DNA of 64,000 nt from the NCBI GenBank assembly GCA_965221125.1, contig CBDCRW010000005.1, positions 416,001 to 480,000 of the forward strand. Reading direction: 5' to 3'. This document shows, in pieces, positions 1 through 10,472 of this stretch. The notes under the pieces are model-generated. The model had not been told where the DNA came from. It made no database searches and worked only from the letters and a program-made list of their open reading frames with translations. Made by a program: the position numbers and the translations under genes. The DNA is from Alphaproteobacteria bacterium (GTDB lineage: Bacteria > Pseudomonadota > Alphaproteobacteria > UBA828). How positions within the stretch are numbered: position 1 is the stretch's first letter; each line of letters starts with the position of its first letter.

Positions 1-125
1 AGTCCTTCAAGAAGTACCTCATGGGCTACGGCAGCGCGATCTCGGTGGTCCTGTTCCTGATCGCGCTCACCATCATCCGCCTCTACTTCCGCCAGCTGCG
101 CAAGGTGGACGAGCTCCATGGCTGA
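1..125 (+). CDS. Carbohydrate ABC transporter permease, 3' end only (partial)
   Basis: Frame from nt 3 reads SFKKYLMGYGSAISVVLFLIALTIIRLYFRQLRKVDELHG*, a typical C-terminus of a MalF/UgpA-type permease; overlaps the start of the next permease. Confidence 0.8.
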   Translation, partial: SFKKYLMGYGSAISVVLFLIALTIIRLYFRQLRKVDELHG

Positions 126-978
126 CATCGCGTTCAGCCCGGTGCCGGCCAGGCGGTTCAACCCGTGGCCTGCGGTGATCTTCATCTCGCTCGCGGTCCT
201 CGCGGTGCTGTTCCTGGCGCCGACCGCCGGCGTGCTGCTGTCGTCGATCAAGACCACCCGCGACATCGCTTTGGGCCAGCTGTGGACGATCCCGTCGGAG
301 CTCTTCTGGGGCAACTACGCCGAGGTGCTCGCGAACCCCGCCGTTCACCGCTACTTCCTCAACACGCTGCTCGTCACCGCGCCCGCGACGGTGGCCTCGA
401 TCGCGCTGGGGACGCTCGCCGGCTACGTCTTCGCTAAGCTGCCCTTCCGCGGCGGCAACCTGCTCTTCCTCGTCGTCGTCTCCGGCATGTTCTTCCCGCC
501 GCAGGTGATCCTGATCCCGCTGTTCCGCCTCTTCAACGCGATGGATCTGATCGACACGCTGTGGCCCATCATCGTCATCCACACCGCGATGGGCATCCCC
601 ATCTGCACGCTGCTCATGCGCAACTTCTTCGCCACCGTGCCGAGCGCGCTGCGCGAGGCGGCGATCCTGGAAGGCGCCAACGAGTGGCAGGTGCTGACCC
701 GGGTGGCGCTGCCGCTCAGCCTGCCGGCGCTCGCGGTGCTGGCGACGCTGCAGTTCACCTGGATCTGGAACGACTTCCTCTGGCCGCTCATCTTCACCCA
801 GTCCGACGAGAAGCGGACCATCATGCTGGGGATCGTGAACCTGCAGGGGCAGTACTCGGTGGCCTGGGGCGTGCAGGGCGCGCTGTCGCTGATCGCGAGC
901 CTGCCGACGCTCGTGGTGTTCCTGTTCTTCCAGCGTTACTTCATCAAGGGGATGACCATGGGCGCGGTGAAGGGATAG
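118..978 (+). CDS. Carbohydrate ABC transporter permease (MalG/UgpE type)
   Basis: Multiple hydrophobic segments; EAA loop LREAAILEGANEWQ; WNDFLWPL motif. Confidence 0.93.
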   Translation: MADIAFSPVPARRFNPWPAVIFISLAVLAVLFLAPTAGVLLSSIKTTRDIALGQLWTIPSELFWGNYAEVLANPAVHRYFLNTLLVTAPATVASIALGTLAGYVFAKLPFRGGNLLFLVVVSGMFFPPQVILIPLFRLFNAMDLIDTLWPIIVIHTAMGIPICTLLMRNFFATVPSALREAAILEGANEWQVLTRVALPLSLPALAVLATLQFTWIWNDFLWPLIFTQSDEKRTIMLGIVNLQGQYSVAWGVQGALSLIASLPTLVVFLFFQRYFIKGMTMGAVKG

Positions 979-980
979 CG

Positions 981-2054
<1,074 letters not shown>

Positions 2055-2106
2055 AGCGCATCCGACATGCACGGAAACGCCTCAAAGCGGCATATTCCGG
2101 CATACG

Positions 2107-2205
2107 CCGACACAAAGTGGCACAAGGTGGCACAAGGTGGCACGAAACGAGCGGCACGAGGTGGCACAAAGTGGCACAAGGTGGCACAAGGCGGAACAAG
2201 ATGGC
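2107..2205. repeat. Tandem 10-bp repeat array (consensus GTGGCACAAG), about 9 units in two blocks
   Basis: Directly visible: gtggcacaag x2, gtggcacgaa, then gcggcacgag, gtggcacaaa, gtggcacaag x2, gcggaacaag. Confidence 0.9.
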
Positions 2206-2420
2206 CCGTCCCGGCGGCGGCCGGCGCCCGCTGGACGAGCGCCCGGCCGCGAGCCGGCTCCCCGGCGCCGCTCCGGCCCGGCTTTTCCTGAAGTTCGATG
2301 GTCTGCGCGCTGCATCCGCAGAGCCTGCCCCCACCAAGCGGCCCCGTGCACCGCACCATGGTCCGGTGAATCGCCCGCGGCTGAACTGTGGCGGGCGCAG
2401 GTTGATGCCATGAAAAACAC

Positions 2421-2502
2421 CCCCTCCTCACCCCGGCCCTCTCCTCCCCGGTGGGGAGGAGAGGGAGAACAGGTCGTGCCGCCTGCGTTCCCCCTCCGCC
2501 CT
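2421..2502. repeat. Alphaproteobacterial CCCTCTCC/GGAGAGGG-type palindromic intergenic element; left part, continued at 3676-3704 beyond the IS
   Basis: Perfect 13-bp stem ccctctcctcccc/ggggaggagaggg (2437-2465); second stem arm ctccgccct (2494-2502) pairs with agggcggag (3677-3685). Confidence 0.65.
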
Positions 2503-2504
2503 AG

Positions 2505-3675
2505 TGGATTCCTCTGCGAAATCGGCTTGGCGGGATGTTGGGGGAGAATTTTGGCGTTGAGCGGTGTTGATGGAGCCGATTTTGCCGCTACCGCCGGACG
2601 CTCTCGTGTCTGAAGCAGCGGTTTGCGGGTGCGATGCGGTGTCAGCAGCCCGCAATCAGGCTGGCGCGGCGCAGGTTGTAGGCGGTGGCAACGGCGTAGA
2701 GGCGGGCGGTGTTCCTCTCGAGCGTGAGGCTCTTCGCCCGCCTCAGCCCGTAGAGGCGCTTCAGCGCCGAGAAGACCGCTTCCACCGGTGCCCGGCGCCT
2801 GGCGATCAGATCGTTGCGGCGCTTCTGCCAGGGCGGCAACGAGGCCATGTGCTTGTTCCGCCGGTGCATGATGCGGTCCTTGATGCCGCAGGCCTTGAGC
2901 CTGGCCCGTCGCGCCGCCTGCTCGTAGGCGCGGTCGCCATAGACCGCCCCCTCGTCGCCGCAGATCAGCCGGTCGGCCACCTCGCTCTCGTAGGTCTTGG
3001 CCGAGCTCAGAACCAGGCGCCGGATCAGACCCGAGCCCTGGTCCACACCCACATGCGCCTTGTAGCCGAAGACGGCGCGGCCCTTCTTGCGCGTCCAGCC
3101 CGCGCCCCTCTCCCGTGGGTGCCCGGCACCGGCACCCGCCTTGTAGGGCGGAGGCCGCGAGGCCGAGGCCACCAACGTCGCGTCCATCAGCGTGCCCTTG
3201 CGCAGGATCAGGCCGGCGGCATCCAGCTGACGGTTGATCTCCTCGAACGCCGCCTCCAGGACCGCGCCTGCGTCCGCGCGGAAGCGGCAGATCGTGGTCT
3301 CGTCCGGCGTGCCCCCATCCAGCGCAAAGCCGCAGAAGCGCCGGAACGAGAGCCGGTCCAGCAGCGCCTCCTCCAGGCCGGGGTCCGAAAGGTCGTAGAG
3401 CGCCTGAAGATAGAGAGCCTTCAGCATCGCCAGCGGCGCATAGGGCGGACGACCCCGGCGTCCCTCGCGCACACGCGACGCCAGACGCTCCAGCCGAGAC
3501 CAGTCGATCAGGGCGTCCAGACGCTCCAGCTTCCGGTTTGTCCCCAGCCCCGCAGACATGAACGCTTCCGCAAACCCCAGCTGACCCGTGCCGCTCATCG
3601 AATCGACCTCCCCATCGCTGCAGCAACGAATCACATGCCACCCAATCCGCAAACCCACTTTCGCAGAGGAATCCA
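2505..3675 (-). mobile_element. IS5-family insertion sequence, about 1.17 kb
   Basis: Perfect 17-bp terminal inverted repeats tggattcctctgcgaaa (2505-2521) and tttcgcagaggaatcca (3659-3675) enclose a single transposase; no clean target-site duplication seen. Confidence 0.92.
2642..3598 (-). CDS. IS5-family DDE transposase
   Basis: N-terminal GRPPY..MLK..LQALYDLSD..LEEALLDRLSFRRFCG and TPDETTICRFR; DDE residues in MDATLV, YGDRAY and RAPVEAVFSALK; start MSGTGQLGF at 3598. Confidence 0.93.
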   Translation of the reverse strand: MSGTGQLGFAEAFMSAGLGTNRKLERLDALIDWSRLERLASRVREGRRGRPPYAPLAMLKALYLQALYDLSDPGLEEALLDRLSFRRFCGFALDGGTPDETTICRFRADAGAVLEAAFEEINRQLDAAGLILRKGTLMDATLVASASRPPPYKAGAGAGHPRERGAGWTRKKGRAVFGYKAHVGVDQGSGLIRRLVLSSAKTYESEVADRLICGDEGAVYGDRAYEQAARRARLKACGIKDRIMHRRNKHMASLPPWQKRRNDLIARRRAPVEAVFSALKRLYGLRRAKSLTLERNTARLYAVATAYNLRRASLIAGC

Positions 3676-3800
3676 AAGGGCGGAGAGGGACAGGGGGAGG
3701 TGGGAACGTTCGGACCGCAGTGATCTCGTAAGATCGGAAATCCCTCTAGCGCGCGCCTGAGCGCGGCCGGCGGGGGCGGAGCCTGCTACGATACCCGGCC

Positions 3801-4565
3801 ATGCATCAGGACGTCGTCGACCTCAACGCCTTCTACCTGACCCGGCTCGGCCGCATCACGCGCCGCATCCTCGGCCAGCAGATCCGCCGGGTGTGGCCGA
3901 GCGTGCGCGAGGAGTCGGTGCTTGGGCTCGGCTACCCGGTGCCCTTCCTCGGCCTCTTCCGCGAGGAGGCGGAGCGCGTGTTCGCGATCATGCCGGCGGG
4001 CCAGGGGGTCATGGCCTGGCCCGAGAGCGGCGGGCGGCAGGTGGCGCTCGCCGACGACGGCTCGCTGCCGCTGCCGGACGGCTGCATCGACCGCATCCTC
4101 ATCGTCCACGGGCTCGAGTTCAGCGAGCAGCGGCGTGCGATGCTGGAGGAGGTGTGGCGCGTGATGCGGCCGAACGGGCGCATCCTGGTGCTGGTGCCGA
4201 ACCGCCACGGCCTCTGGGCGCGCGCGGAAGCCACGCCCTTCGGCCACGGCTCGCCCTTCAGCGCCTCCCAGCTCGGCCGGCTCCTGCGCGAGCACCGCTT
4301 CGCCCCGGTGGCCAGCGGCGCGATGCTGTTCCTGCCGCCCACGGGCTGGCGCGGGGTGCTGCGCACGGCCGCCATCTGGCAGCGCCTCGGCCGCCATCTC
4401 GGGCGCCCCTTCGGCGGCCTCGTCTACGTGGAGGCGGGCAAGACCGTGTTCGAGGCCCGTCCGGTGACGGCGCGGCAGAGGCGCCGCGTCATCATGCCGC
4501 TGCCGCAGCCGGTGCCGGCAGGCGCGCGAACGGCGGCAGGAGGCTTGGAGCGCGACCGTCTCTGA
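3801..4565 (+). CDS. Class I SAM-dependent methyltransferase (YafS-like, type 11)
   Basis: FYLTRLG..., VLGLGY, LPLPDGCIDRILIVHGLEF, EVWRVMRPNGR, PFGHGSPFS motifs of the alphaproteobacterial family. Confidence 0.85.
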   Translation: MHQDVVDLNAFYLTRLGRITRRILGQQIRRVWPSVREESVLGLGYPVPFLGLFREEAERVFAIMPAGQGVMAWPESGGRQVALADDGSLPLPDGCIDRILIVHGLEFSEQRRAMLEEVWRVMRPNGRILVLVPNRHGLWARAEATPFGHGSPFSASQLGRLLREHRFAPVASGAMLFLPPTGWRGVLRTAAIWQRLGRHLGRPFGGLVYVEAGKTVFEARPVTARQRRRVIMPLPQPVPAGARTAAGGLERDRL

Positions 4566-4664
4566 CGGACGCGCGACAGGCCGCGAAAGCGGCCCGCCGC
4601 GAATGCGGCGCCCTCGCGGAGGCGCCGGCCGCAGGCCGGCCGCCGTGAGCGACAAAAGGCCTTA
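4546..4664 (+). repeat. Dispersed palindromic repeat family A, copy lacking the terminal hairpin
   Basis: Aligns by eye to the copies at 14977, 19271, 24922, 35142, 43765 and 55849; ends at the metW stop codon. Confidence 0.85.
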
Positions 4665-5294
4665 CCGTTTCTCCGACGAGAGCAGGAACACCGCCTGCTC
4701 GCCGAAGAGGTTGGCGAAGCGGCCGGTGCCGGAAAACCGGCGCACGCGGCCGCGTGAATCGACCTGGGTGCGCCGCTCGATACGGATGCCGAGCTCGCGG
4801 CAGAGCATCACGAAGTCCTTGATCGTGCACGGCCTGATCACCGGCGTCTCGTACCAGAGATCGCCGGAACCCAAGGCCGCCGGCATCCGGCCCCGCGTCA
4901 TCAGGTGCAGCCGGTTGCGCCAGTGCCCGAAGTTGGGGATGGACACGATGGCGCTCCGGCCGATCCTCAGCAGCTCCAGCAGCACGCCCTTGGGGTCGCG
5001 GATCGCCGGCAGGGTCTGGCTGAGCACGACGTAGTCGAAGGCCGCGTCCGGGTAATCGGCGAGGTCGGTCTCCGCATCCCCCTGGATGACCGAGAGCCCG
5101 CGCCTCACCGAGGCGTTCACGCCCTCGTGGCTGATCTCGATGCCGCGTCCGTCCACGTTCTTCTCGCGCGCCAGCAGCTCCAGCAGGGCGCCGTCGCCGC
5201 AGCCGATGTCGAGCAGGCGCGACCCCGGCTCCACCAGCTCGGCGATCAGGCGATGGTCGGGGCGGGCGCCGTGCCGCCCGCGCTCGATGCTCAC
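4662..5294 (-). CDS. metW: Methionine biosynthesis protein MetW
   Basis: RLLDIGCGDG, SVIQGDAE, FDYVVLSQTL, IVSIPNFGHWR, WYETP; lies directly downstream of metX. Confidence 0.93.
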   Translation of the reverse strand: MSIERGRHGARPDHRLIAELVEPGSRLLDIGCGDGALLELLAREKNVDGRGIEISHEGVNASVRRGLSVIQGDAETDLADYPDAAFDYVVLSQTLPAIRDPKGVLLELLRIGRSAIVSIPNFGHWRNRLHLMTRGRMPAALGSGDLWYETPVIRPCTIKDFVMLCRELGIRIERRTQVDSRGRVRRFSGTGRFANLFGEQAVFLLSSEKR

Positions 5295-5312
5295 CGGCCG
5301 GAGCTCACGGCG

Positions 5313-6473
5313 TCAGAGCCCGCGCCTTTCCGCGGCGCCGCTGAGAAAACCCCGCAGGGTCTCGAACATGTCGGGCTCGTCGAGGAGGAAGGCGTCGTGC
5401 CCCTTGTCGCTCACCACCTCGACGAAGCTCACGTTGGCGGCGACGGCAGCCAGTGCGCGGACGAAGGCGCGGTTCTCCGAGGTGGGATAGAGCCAGTCGC
5501 TGGTGAACGAGATCACGCAGAAGCGGGTCTCGGCGCCGCGAAACGCATTCGCCAGCACGCCGTCGTACTCGGCCGCGAGGTCGAAGTAGTCCATCGCGCG
5601 CGTGATGTAGAGGTAGGAGTTGGCGTCGAAGCGCTCGACGAAGCTCTGACCCTGGTGGCGCAGGTAGCTCTCCACCTGGAAGTCCGCGTCGAAGCCGTAG
5701 GTGACATTGCTCCGGTCCTGCAGCGCCCGGCCGAACTTGCGGTGCAGCGCGGCCTCCGAGAGGTAGGTGATGTGCGCCGCCATGCGCGCCACCGCGAGGC
5801 CGCCCTCCGGGTTCGTGCCAAGCTCCTGATAGCGCCCCTCGCGCCATTCGGGGTCGGCCATGATCGCCTGGCGGCCGACCTCGTTGAGCGCGATGTTCTG
5901 GGCCGAGTGCTTGGCCGCGCACGCGATGGGGAGCGCCGTGAAGCAGCGCTCGGGATAGCTCGCCACCCATTGCAGCGCCTGCATGCCGCCCATGGAGCCG
6001 CCGGAGACGCAGAACAGCTGCTCGATCCCGAGGTGGTCGATCAGCATGGCCTGCGCCTTGACCATGTCGCGGATGGTGATGACGGGGAAGTCGAGGCCCC
6101 AGGGGCGCCCGGTCGCGGGGTTGGTCTCCTTCGGCCCGACGGTGCCCATGCAGCCGCCCAGCACGTTGCTGCAGATCACGAAGTAGCGGTCGGTATCGAA
6201 GGTCTTGCCCGGCCCCACCATCATCTCCCACCAGCCGGGCTTGCCGGTCACCGGGTGCGGCCCAAGCACGAACTGGTCGCCGGTGAGCGCATGGCAGAGC
6301 AGCACCGCGTTGGAGCGCGCGGCATTCAGTGTGCCGTAGGTCTGATAGGCGAGCGTGAAGGGCCCGAGAGAGACGCCGCAGTCCAGCTCGAGCGGCGTAT
6401 CCCCGCCGAGCTCGACGCTCAGGCCGGTCTGCACGTGCGCCGCCGCGGCTTGGCTCTCAGGCAATGCGGTCAT
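5313..6473 (-). CDS. metX: Homoserine O-acetyltransferase
   Basis: [15 protein letters not shown] nucleophile elbow, [15 protein letters not shown]. Confidence 0.95.
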   Translation of the reverse strand: MTALPESQAAAAHVQTGLSVELGGDTPLELDCGVSLGPFTLAYQTYGTLNAARSNAVLLCHALTGDQFVLGPHPVTGKPGWWEMMVGPGKTFDTDRYFVICSNVLGGCMGTVGPKETNPATGRPWGLDFPVITIRDMVKAQAMLIDHLGIEQLFCVSGGSMGGMQALQWVASYPERCFTALPIACAAKHSAQNIALNEVGRQAIMADPEWREGRYQELGTNPEGGLAVARMAAHITYLSEAALHRKFGRALQDRSNVTYGFDADFQVESYLRHQGQSFVERFDANSYLYITRAMDYFDLAAEYDGVLANAFRGAETRFCVISFTSDWLYPTSENRAFVRALAAVAANVSFVEVVSDKGHDAFLLDEPDMFETLRGFLSGAAERRGL

Positions 6474-6642
6474 CGCTATCAGGCTCCGCCCGGCCGCGCC
6501 CCGCCATCGGAGCGCCTGCCGGAATTGTCGCCGAAAGGGGGCCAGACAGTTGCGATTTGAACCCGAAAGTCAATGTTCTCTTTGATTTTACCACGGTCTT
6601 GGACTAGGACTCGCCACCCCCTCTAGCCGTGTCAGCACCGCC

Positions 6643-7557
6643 ATGAACAGGCCTCCGCCGGAGGATTCCCCGCTCGCCGCCCTGCGTGACGAGATCGACG
6701 GGATCGACGACGCGATTCACGATCTCATCATGCGCCGCATGGTGCTCGCCAACCGCATCAGCGAGACCAAGCGCGCCCGGGGCGCCACCGGCGCTCTGCT
6801 GCGGCCGGCGCGCGAGGCCGGCATCCTGAGGCGGCTGATGGCCCGCCACGAGGGCCCCTTCCCCTTCCCGGTGATCGTGCGGATCTGGTCCGAGATCATG
6901 TCGGCGACCCTCTTCGCCGAGGGCGGCTTCGCGGTCTCGGTGTTCACGCTGGACGATCCCGGCGAGGAGAGCCGCTTCCCCGACCTGGCTCGGGTCCACT
7001 TCGGCGCCGAGACGCCCCTGCTCAACGCCCGGACGGAGAGCGGCGTGCTGCGCGGCGTGCGCGACGGCAAGGCGTCGATCGGCGTCCTCCCCGTGCCGGC
7101 GGACGCGATGAGCGGCGATGTGGGCGTGAGCGCCGAGCCGTGGTGGCTGACGCTCGCCGTGAGCGACGAGGAGCGGCCGATGATCGTGGCCCGCCTGCCC
7201 TGGCTCGACGGTGCGAAGAGCTCCGCCGCCAAGACCAGCGCGCTGGTGGTGGCCATGACCCGGCCGGCGCCGTCGGGCGACGACGTGTCCTACGTGGCGG
7301 TCCAGTCCTCGGACACCATCAGCCGCGACCGCATCCGCTCGGCGCTCGCCGTGGCCGGCGTCGCGGTGACCGGCTCCGTCGCCTGGCACGACGAGAACGG
7401 CGCGCCGGGCCGCTGGCAGCTCATCGAGATCGACGGCTTCGTGGCCGAGGACGACGAGCGCCTGCACGACTTCGCCGCGCACTTGGGCGACGACGTCGGG
7501 CGCGTCGAGGTGCTGGGCAGCTACCCGAGGCCGCCTGCCCCCTGGAAAGACGGCTGA
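6643..7557 (+). CDS. Chorismate mutase (AroQ) with alphaproteobacterial C-terminal extension
   Basis: LAALRDEIDGIDDAIHDLIMRR and RPAREA..LRRL; conserved position before hisC-tyrC. Confidence 0.85.
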   Translation: MNRPPPEDSPLAALRDEIDGIDDAIHDLIMRRMVLANRISETKRARGATGALLRPAREAGILRRLMARHEGPFPFPVIVRIWSEIMSATLFAEGGFAVSVFTLDDPGEESRFPDLARVHFGAETPLLNARTESGVLRGVRDGKASIGVLPVPADAMSGDVGVSAEPWWLTLAVSDEERPMIVARLPWLDGAKSSAAKTSALVVAMTRPAPSGDDVSYVAVQSSDTISRDRIRSALAVAGVAVTGSVAWHDENGAPGRWQLIEIDGFVAEDDERLHDFAAHLGDDVGRVEVLGSYPRPPAPWKDG

Positions 7558-7575
7558 CGGGCGGCGGGCACGACA

Positions 7576-8697
7576 ATGCCGGTCAAACCGACGCCCCGCC
7601 CCGGGATCATGGAGATCTCGCCCTATGTGGGCGGGCGGTCTGTCGCCGACGGCCACGCCAACACCATCAAGCTCTCGTCCAATGAGTCCGCGCTGGGGCC
7701 GAGCCCCAAGGCGCAGGCCGCCTACCGGGAGCTTACGGGGACGCTCCACCGCTACCCCGACGGCGGCGCCACGGACCTGCGGCGCGCGCTTGGCGCGCTC
7801 CACGGGATCGACGCGGACCGCATCGTCTGCGGCAACGGCTCGGACGAGCTGCTCCAGCTCATCGCCCACGCCTATGCCGGCCCCGGCGACGAGGTCATCT
7901 ACTCCCGCCACGGCTTCCTCGTCTATCCGCTGGCGACGCTCGCCGTCGGCGCGGCGCCCGTCGTCGCGCCGGAGAGGGACTACACGGCGGACGTCGACGC
8001 GATCCTGAGCCGCGTCACCGAGCGGACCCGCATCGTCTACCTCGCCAATCCGAACAACCCGACCGGGACCTACATTCCCAGGGGCGAGCTGCGCCGCCTC
8101 TGGGGCGGCCTGCCGGAGCACGTCGTGCTGGTGGTGGACTCGGCCTATGCGGAATACGTCACCGCCGCCGACTACGACCCCGGCCTGGAGCTTGCCGGCA
8201 TGGCGCCCAACGTGGTGATGACCCGCACCTTCTCCAAGGCTTACGGGCTCGCCGCGCTCCGGCTCGGCTGGGCCTACGCGGCGCCCGCCATCGTCGACGT
8301 GATCCACCGCATCCGGGGCCCCTTCAACGCCAACGCGGCGGCGCTCGCCGCGGCACTCGCCGCTCTCGACGATCAGGATCACATCGTCCGCTCGCGGCGG
8401 GACAACGAGGCATGCCGCGGCGCGCTCGCCGCACGGCTCGCAGCAACCGGGCTGCATGTCGTGCCCAGCGTCTGCAACTTCCTGCTGGTGCGCTTCCCGG
8501 ACGAGCCCGGCCGGGACGCGGCAGCGGCCGACCGCTATCTCAGCGAGCGCGGCGTCGTCGCCCGCCGCATGGAGCCCTACCACCTCGCCGACTGCCTCAG
8601 GCTCACGGTGGGGCTCGAGGCGGAGAACGAGGTCGTGGCGCAGGTGCTCGAAGCCTTCATGGCGGCCCCTGCGGCAGAGACGGGCGGCAGCCGGTGA
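7576..8697 (+). CDS. hisC: Histidinol-phosphate aminotransferase
   Basis: KLSSNE, GNGSDE, NPNNPTG, RTFSKAYGLAALRLGW (PLP lysine). Confidence 0.95.
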   Translation: MPVKPTPRPGIMEISPYVGGRSVADGHANTIKLSSNESALGPSPKAQAAYRELTGTLHRYPDGGATDLRRALGALHGIDADRIVCGNGSDELLQLIAHAYAGPGDEVIYSRHGFLVYPLATLAVGAAPVVAPERDYTADVDAILSRVTERTRIVYLANPNNPTGTYIPRGELRRLWGGLPEHVVLVVDSAYAEYVTAADYDPGLELAGMAPNVVMTRTFSKAYGLAALRLGWAYAAPAIVDVIHRIRGPFNANAAALAAALAALDDQDHIVRSRRDNEACRGALAARLAATGLHVVPSVCNFLLVRFPDEPGRDAAAADRYLSERGVVARRMEPYHLADCLRLTVGLEAENEVVAQVLEAFMAAPAAETGGSR

Positions 8698-9581
8698 GCC
8701 AACCCGAACGCTTCTCCCGCGTCGCACTGATCGGCCTCGGCCTGATCAACTCCTCGCTCGCGCGCGTGCTCCGCGAAAAGACGCCCGAGACGGAGATCGT
8801 GGGCTGCGCGCGGAGCCAGGCGACCCTCGACACGTCTGAGGCGCTCGGCTTCGTCGACCGGGCGACGCTCGACCCGGCGGAGGCCGTCGCGGGCTGCGAC
8901 CTCGTGGTGCTGGGCACGCCGGTCGGCACGTTCGCGCCCCTCGCAGCGCAGATCGGCCCGCACCTCGCCGCCGGCGCGATCCTGACCGACGTGGGCTCGG
9001 TCAAGGGCGCAGTGATTTCCGCGCTCTCCCCGCACGTGCCGGCGGGCGCCCACCTGGTCCCCGGCCACCCGGTGGCGGGTACCGAGCACTCCGGGCCGGA
9101 GGCCGGGTTCGCCGCGTTGTTCGAGGGCCGCTGGTGCATCCTGACCCCGCCGCCGGGCACGGACGCTCGGGCGGTGGAGCGCGTCGCGGCGCTCTGGCGC
9201 ATGGCCGGCATGACGGTGGAGCTGATGGACGTCGAGCACCACGACGCCGTGCTCGCCATCACCTCGCACCTGCCGCACCTGATCGCCTACAACATCGTCG
9301 GCACGGTCACCGACCTGGAGGAGGAGACCCGGCAGGAGGTGTTCAAGTACGCCGCCGCCGGCTTCCGCGACTTCACGCGCATCGCCTCGTCGGACCCGGT
9401 CATGTGGCGCGACATCTTCCTCAACAACCGGGGCGCGGTGCTGGAGATGCTGGGCCGCTTCACCGAAGACCTCTCGGCGCTGCAGCGCGCGGTCCGCCGG
9501 GGCGACGGCGACTACCTGGAAGCGCTCTTCACCCGCACCCGCGCCATCCGGCGCGGCGTGATCGAAGCCAAGCAGGTGTAG
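8694..9581 (+). CDS. tyrC: Cyclohexadienyl/prephenate dehydrogenase
   Basis: GTG overlapping the hisC stop; IGLGLINSS Rossmann motif, TDVGSVK, GHPVAGTEHSGP, SHLPH, GFRDFTRIASSDP. Confidence 0.92.
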   Translation: MSQPERFSRVALIGLGLINSSLARVLREKTPETEIVGCARSQATLDTSEALGFVDRATLDPAEAVAGCDLVVLGTPVGTFAPLAAQIGPHLAAGAILTDVGSVKGAVISALSPHVPAGAHLVPGHPVAGTEHSGPEAGFAALFEGRWCILTPPPGTDARAVERVAALWRMAGMTVELMDVEHHDAVLAITSHLPHLIAYNIVGTVTDLEEETRQEVFKYAAAGFRDFTRIASSDPVMWRDIFLNNRGAVLEMLGRFTEDLSALQRAVRRGDGDYLEALFTRTRAIRRGVIEAKQV

Positions 9582-9611
9582 GGCGGCTTCGCCGGGGGTG
9601 GAAACGCTCTA
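9579..9611 (+). repeat. Relic of the family A terminal hairpin between the convergent tyrC and dapB stop codons
   Basis: tagggcg...ggaaacgctcta matches the family A right end ggaaacgctcta. Confidence 0.55.
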
Positions 9612-10409
9612 GGTAAGGCCCAGAACGTCCGCCATCGTGTAGAGGCCGGGCGCACGCCCTTCCGCCCAGCGCGCCGCCTGCAGCGCGCCGCGTGCGTAGG
9701 TCTGGCGGTTGGACGAGCGGACGGCCAGCTCCAGCCGCTCGCCGTCGGCCGCGAAGATCACGGTGTGCTCGCCGATCACATCGCCGCCGCGCAGGGCGGC
9801 GAAGCCGATCTCGCCGCGCGGCCGCGCGCCGGTCACGCCGTCGCGGCCACGCGCTGCCACCTCGTCGAACGGGACCCCCCTGGCGCGGGCTGCCGCCCGG
9901 CCGAGCCCCAGAGCCGTGCCGGAGGGCGCGTCGATCTTGTGCCGGTGGTGCATCTCGACGATCTCGATGTCGTAGTCGGCGTCCAGCAGGCCCGCGACCT
10001 GCTCGGTGAGCCTGAACAGCAGGTTGACGGCGAGGCTCATGTTGGGCGCCTGCACCACCGCGGTCCGCTCTGCCGCCGCATCCAGCGCGGCCTGCTCGGC
10101 CTCGCCGATGCCGGTGGTGCCGACGACGAGGATCGTGCCCTCGGCAGCCGCGAGCGCGGCGTGGCCGGCGGTGGCGGCCGGCAGCGTGAAGTCGAGCACC
10201 GCGTCCGCCGCGCGGAACATTCCTTGCGAATCGTCGCTCACCGCGACGCCGAGCGGCTCGATCCCGGCCAGCGCCCCGCAGTCCCGCCCGAGCGCGGGAT
10301 GGTCCGCAACCTCGGTCGCCGCGACCACGGTGCAGCCCTCCGTGCCCGCCACCTGGCGGGTCAGCGCCTGGCCCATGCGCCCGCCGGCGCCCGGAATGCC
10401 GATCTTCAT
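9609..10409 (-). CDS. dapB: 4-hydroxy-tetrahydrodipicolinate reductase
   Basis: GAGGRMG, VVGTTG, EIVEMHHRHKIDAPSGTA. Confidence 0.96.
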   Translation of the reverse strand: MKIGIPGAGGRMGQALTRQVAGTEGCTVVAATEVADHPALGRDCGALAGIEPLGVAVSDDSQGMFRAADAVLDFTLPAATAGHAALAAAEGTILVVGTTGIGEAEQAALDAAAERTAVVQAPNMSLAVNLLFRLTEQVAGLLDADYDIEIVEMHHRHKIDAPSGTALGLGRAAARARGVPFDEVAARGRDGVTGARPRGEIGFAALRGGDVIGEHTVIFAADGERLELAVRSSNRQTYARGALQAARWAEGRAPGLYTMADVLGLT

Positions 10410-10472
10410 TGTGCCGTCATAGTGGCGGCGCGCCTGCGCCCGCGCAAGCGAGCGCGGTCGTATCCCGCGCCC

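Noticed and set aside
2107-2205. GTGGCACAAG array as a CRISPR array or as sigma54 promoters
   Set aside because: Units are 10 bp with no unique spacers and no cas genes. TGGCAC is present, but the GG-to-GC spacing is 9 nt, not the required 10.
2067-2655. Short ORFs over the decamer array and GC-rich hairpins
   Set aside because: They are translations of non-coding repeats in several frames, with no RBS or family motifs.
6474-6642. SAM-II or SAM-SAH riboswitch upstream of metX
   Set aside because: Expected from context, but I could not find the conserved pseudoknot motifs by eye; an Infernal/Rfam scan would be needed.
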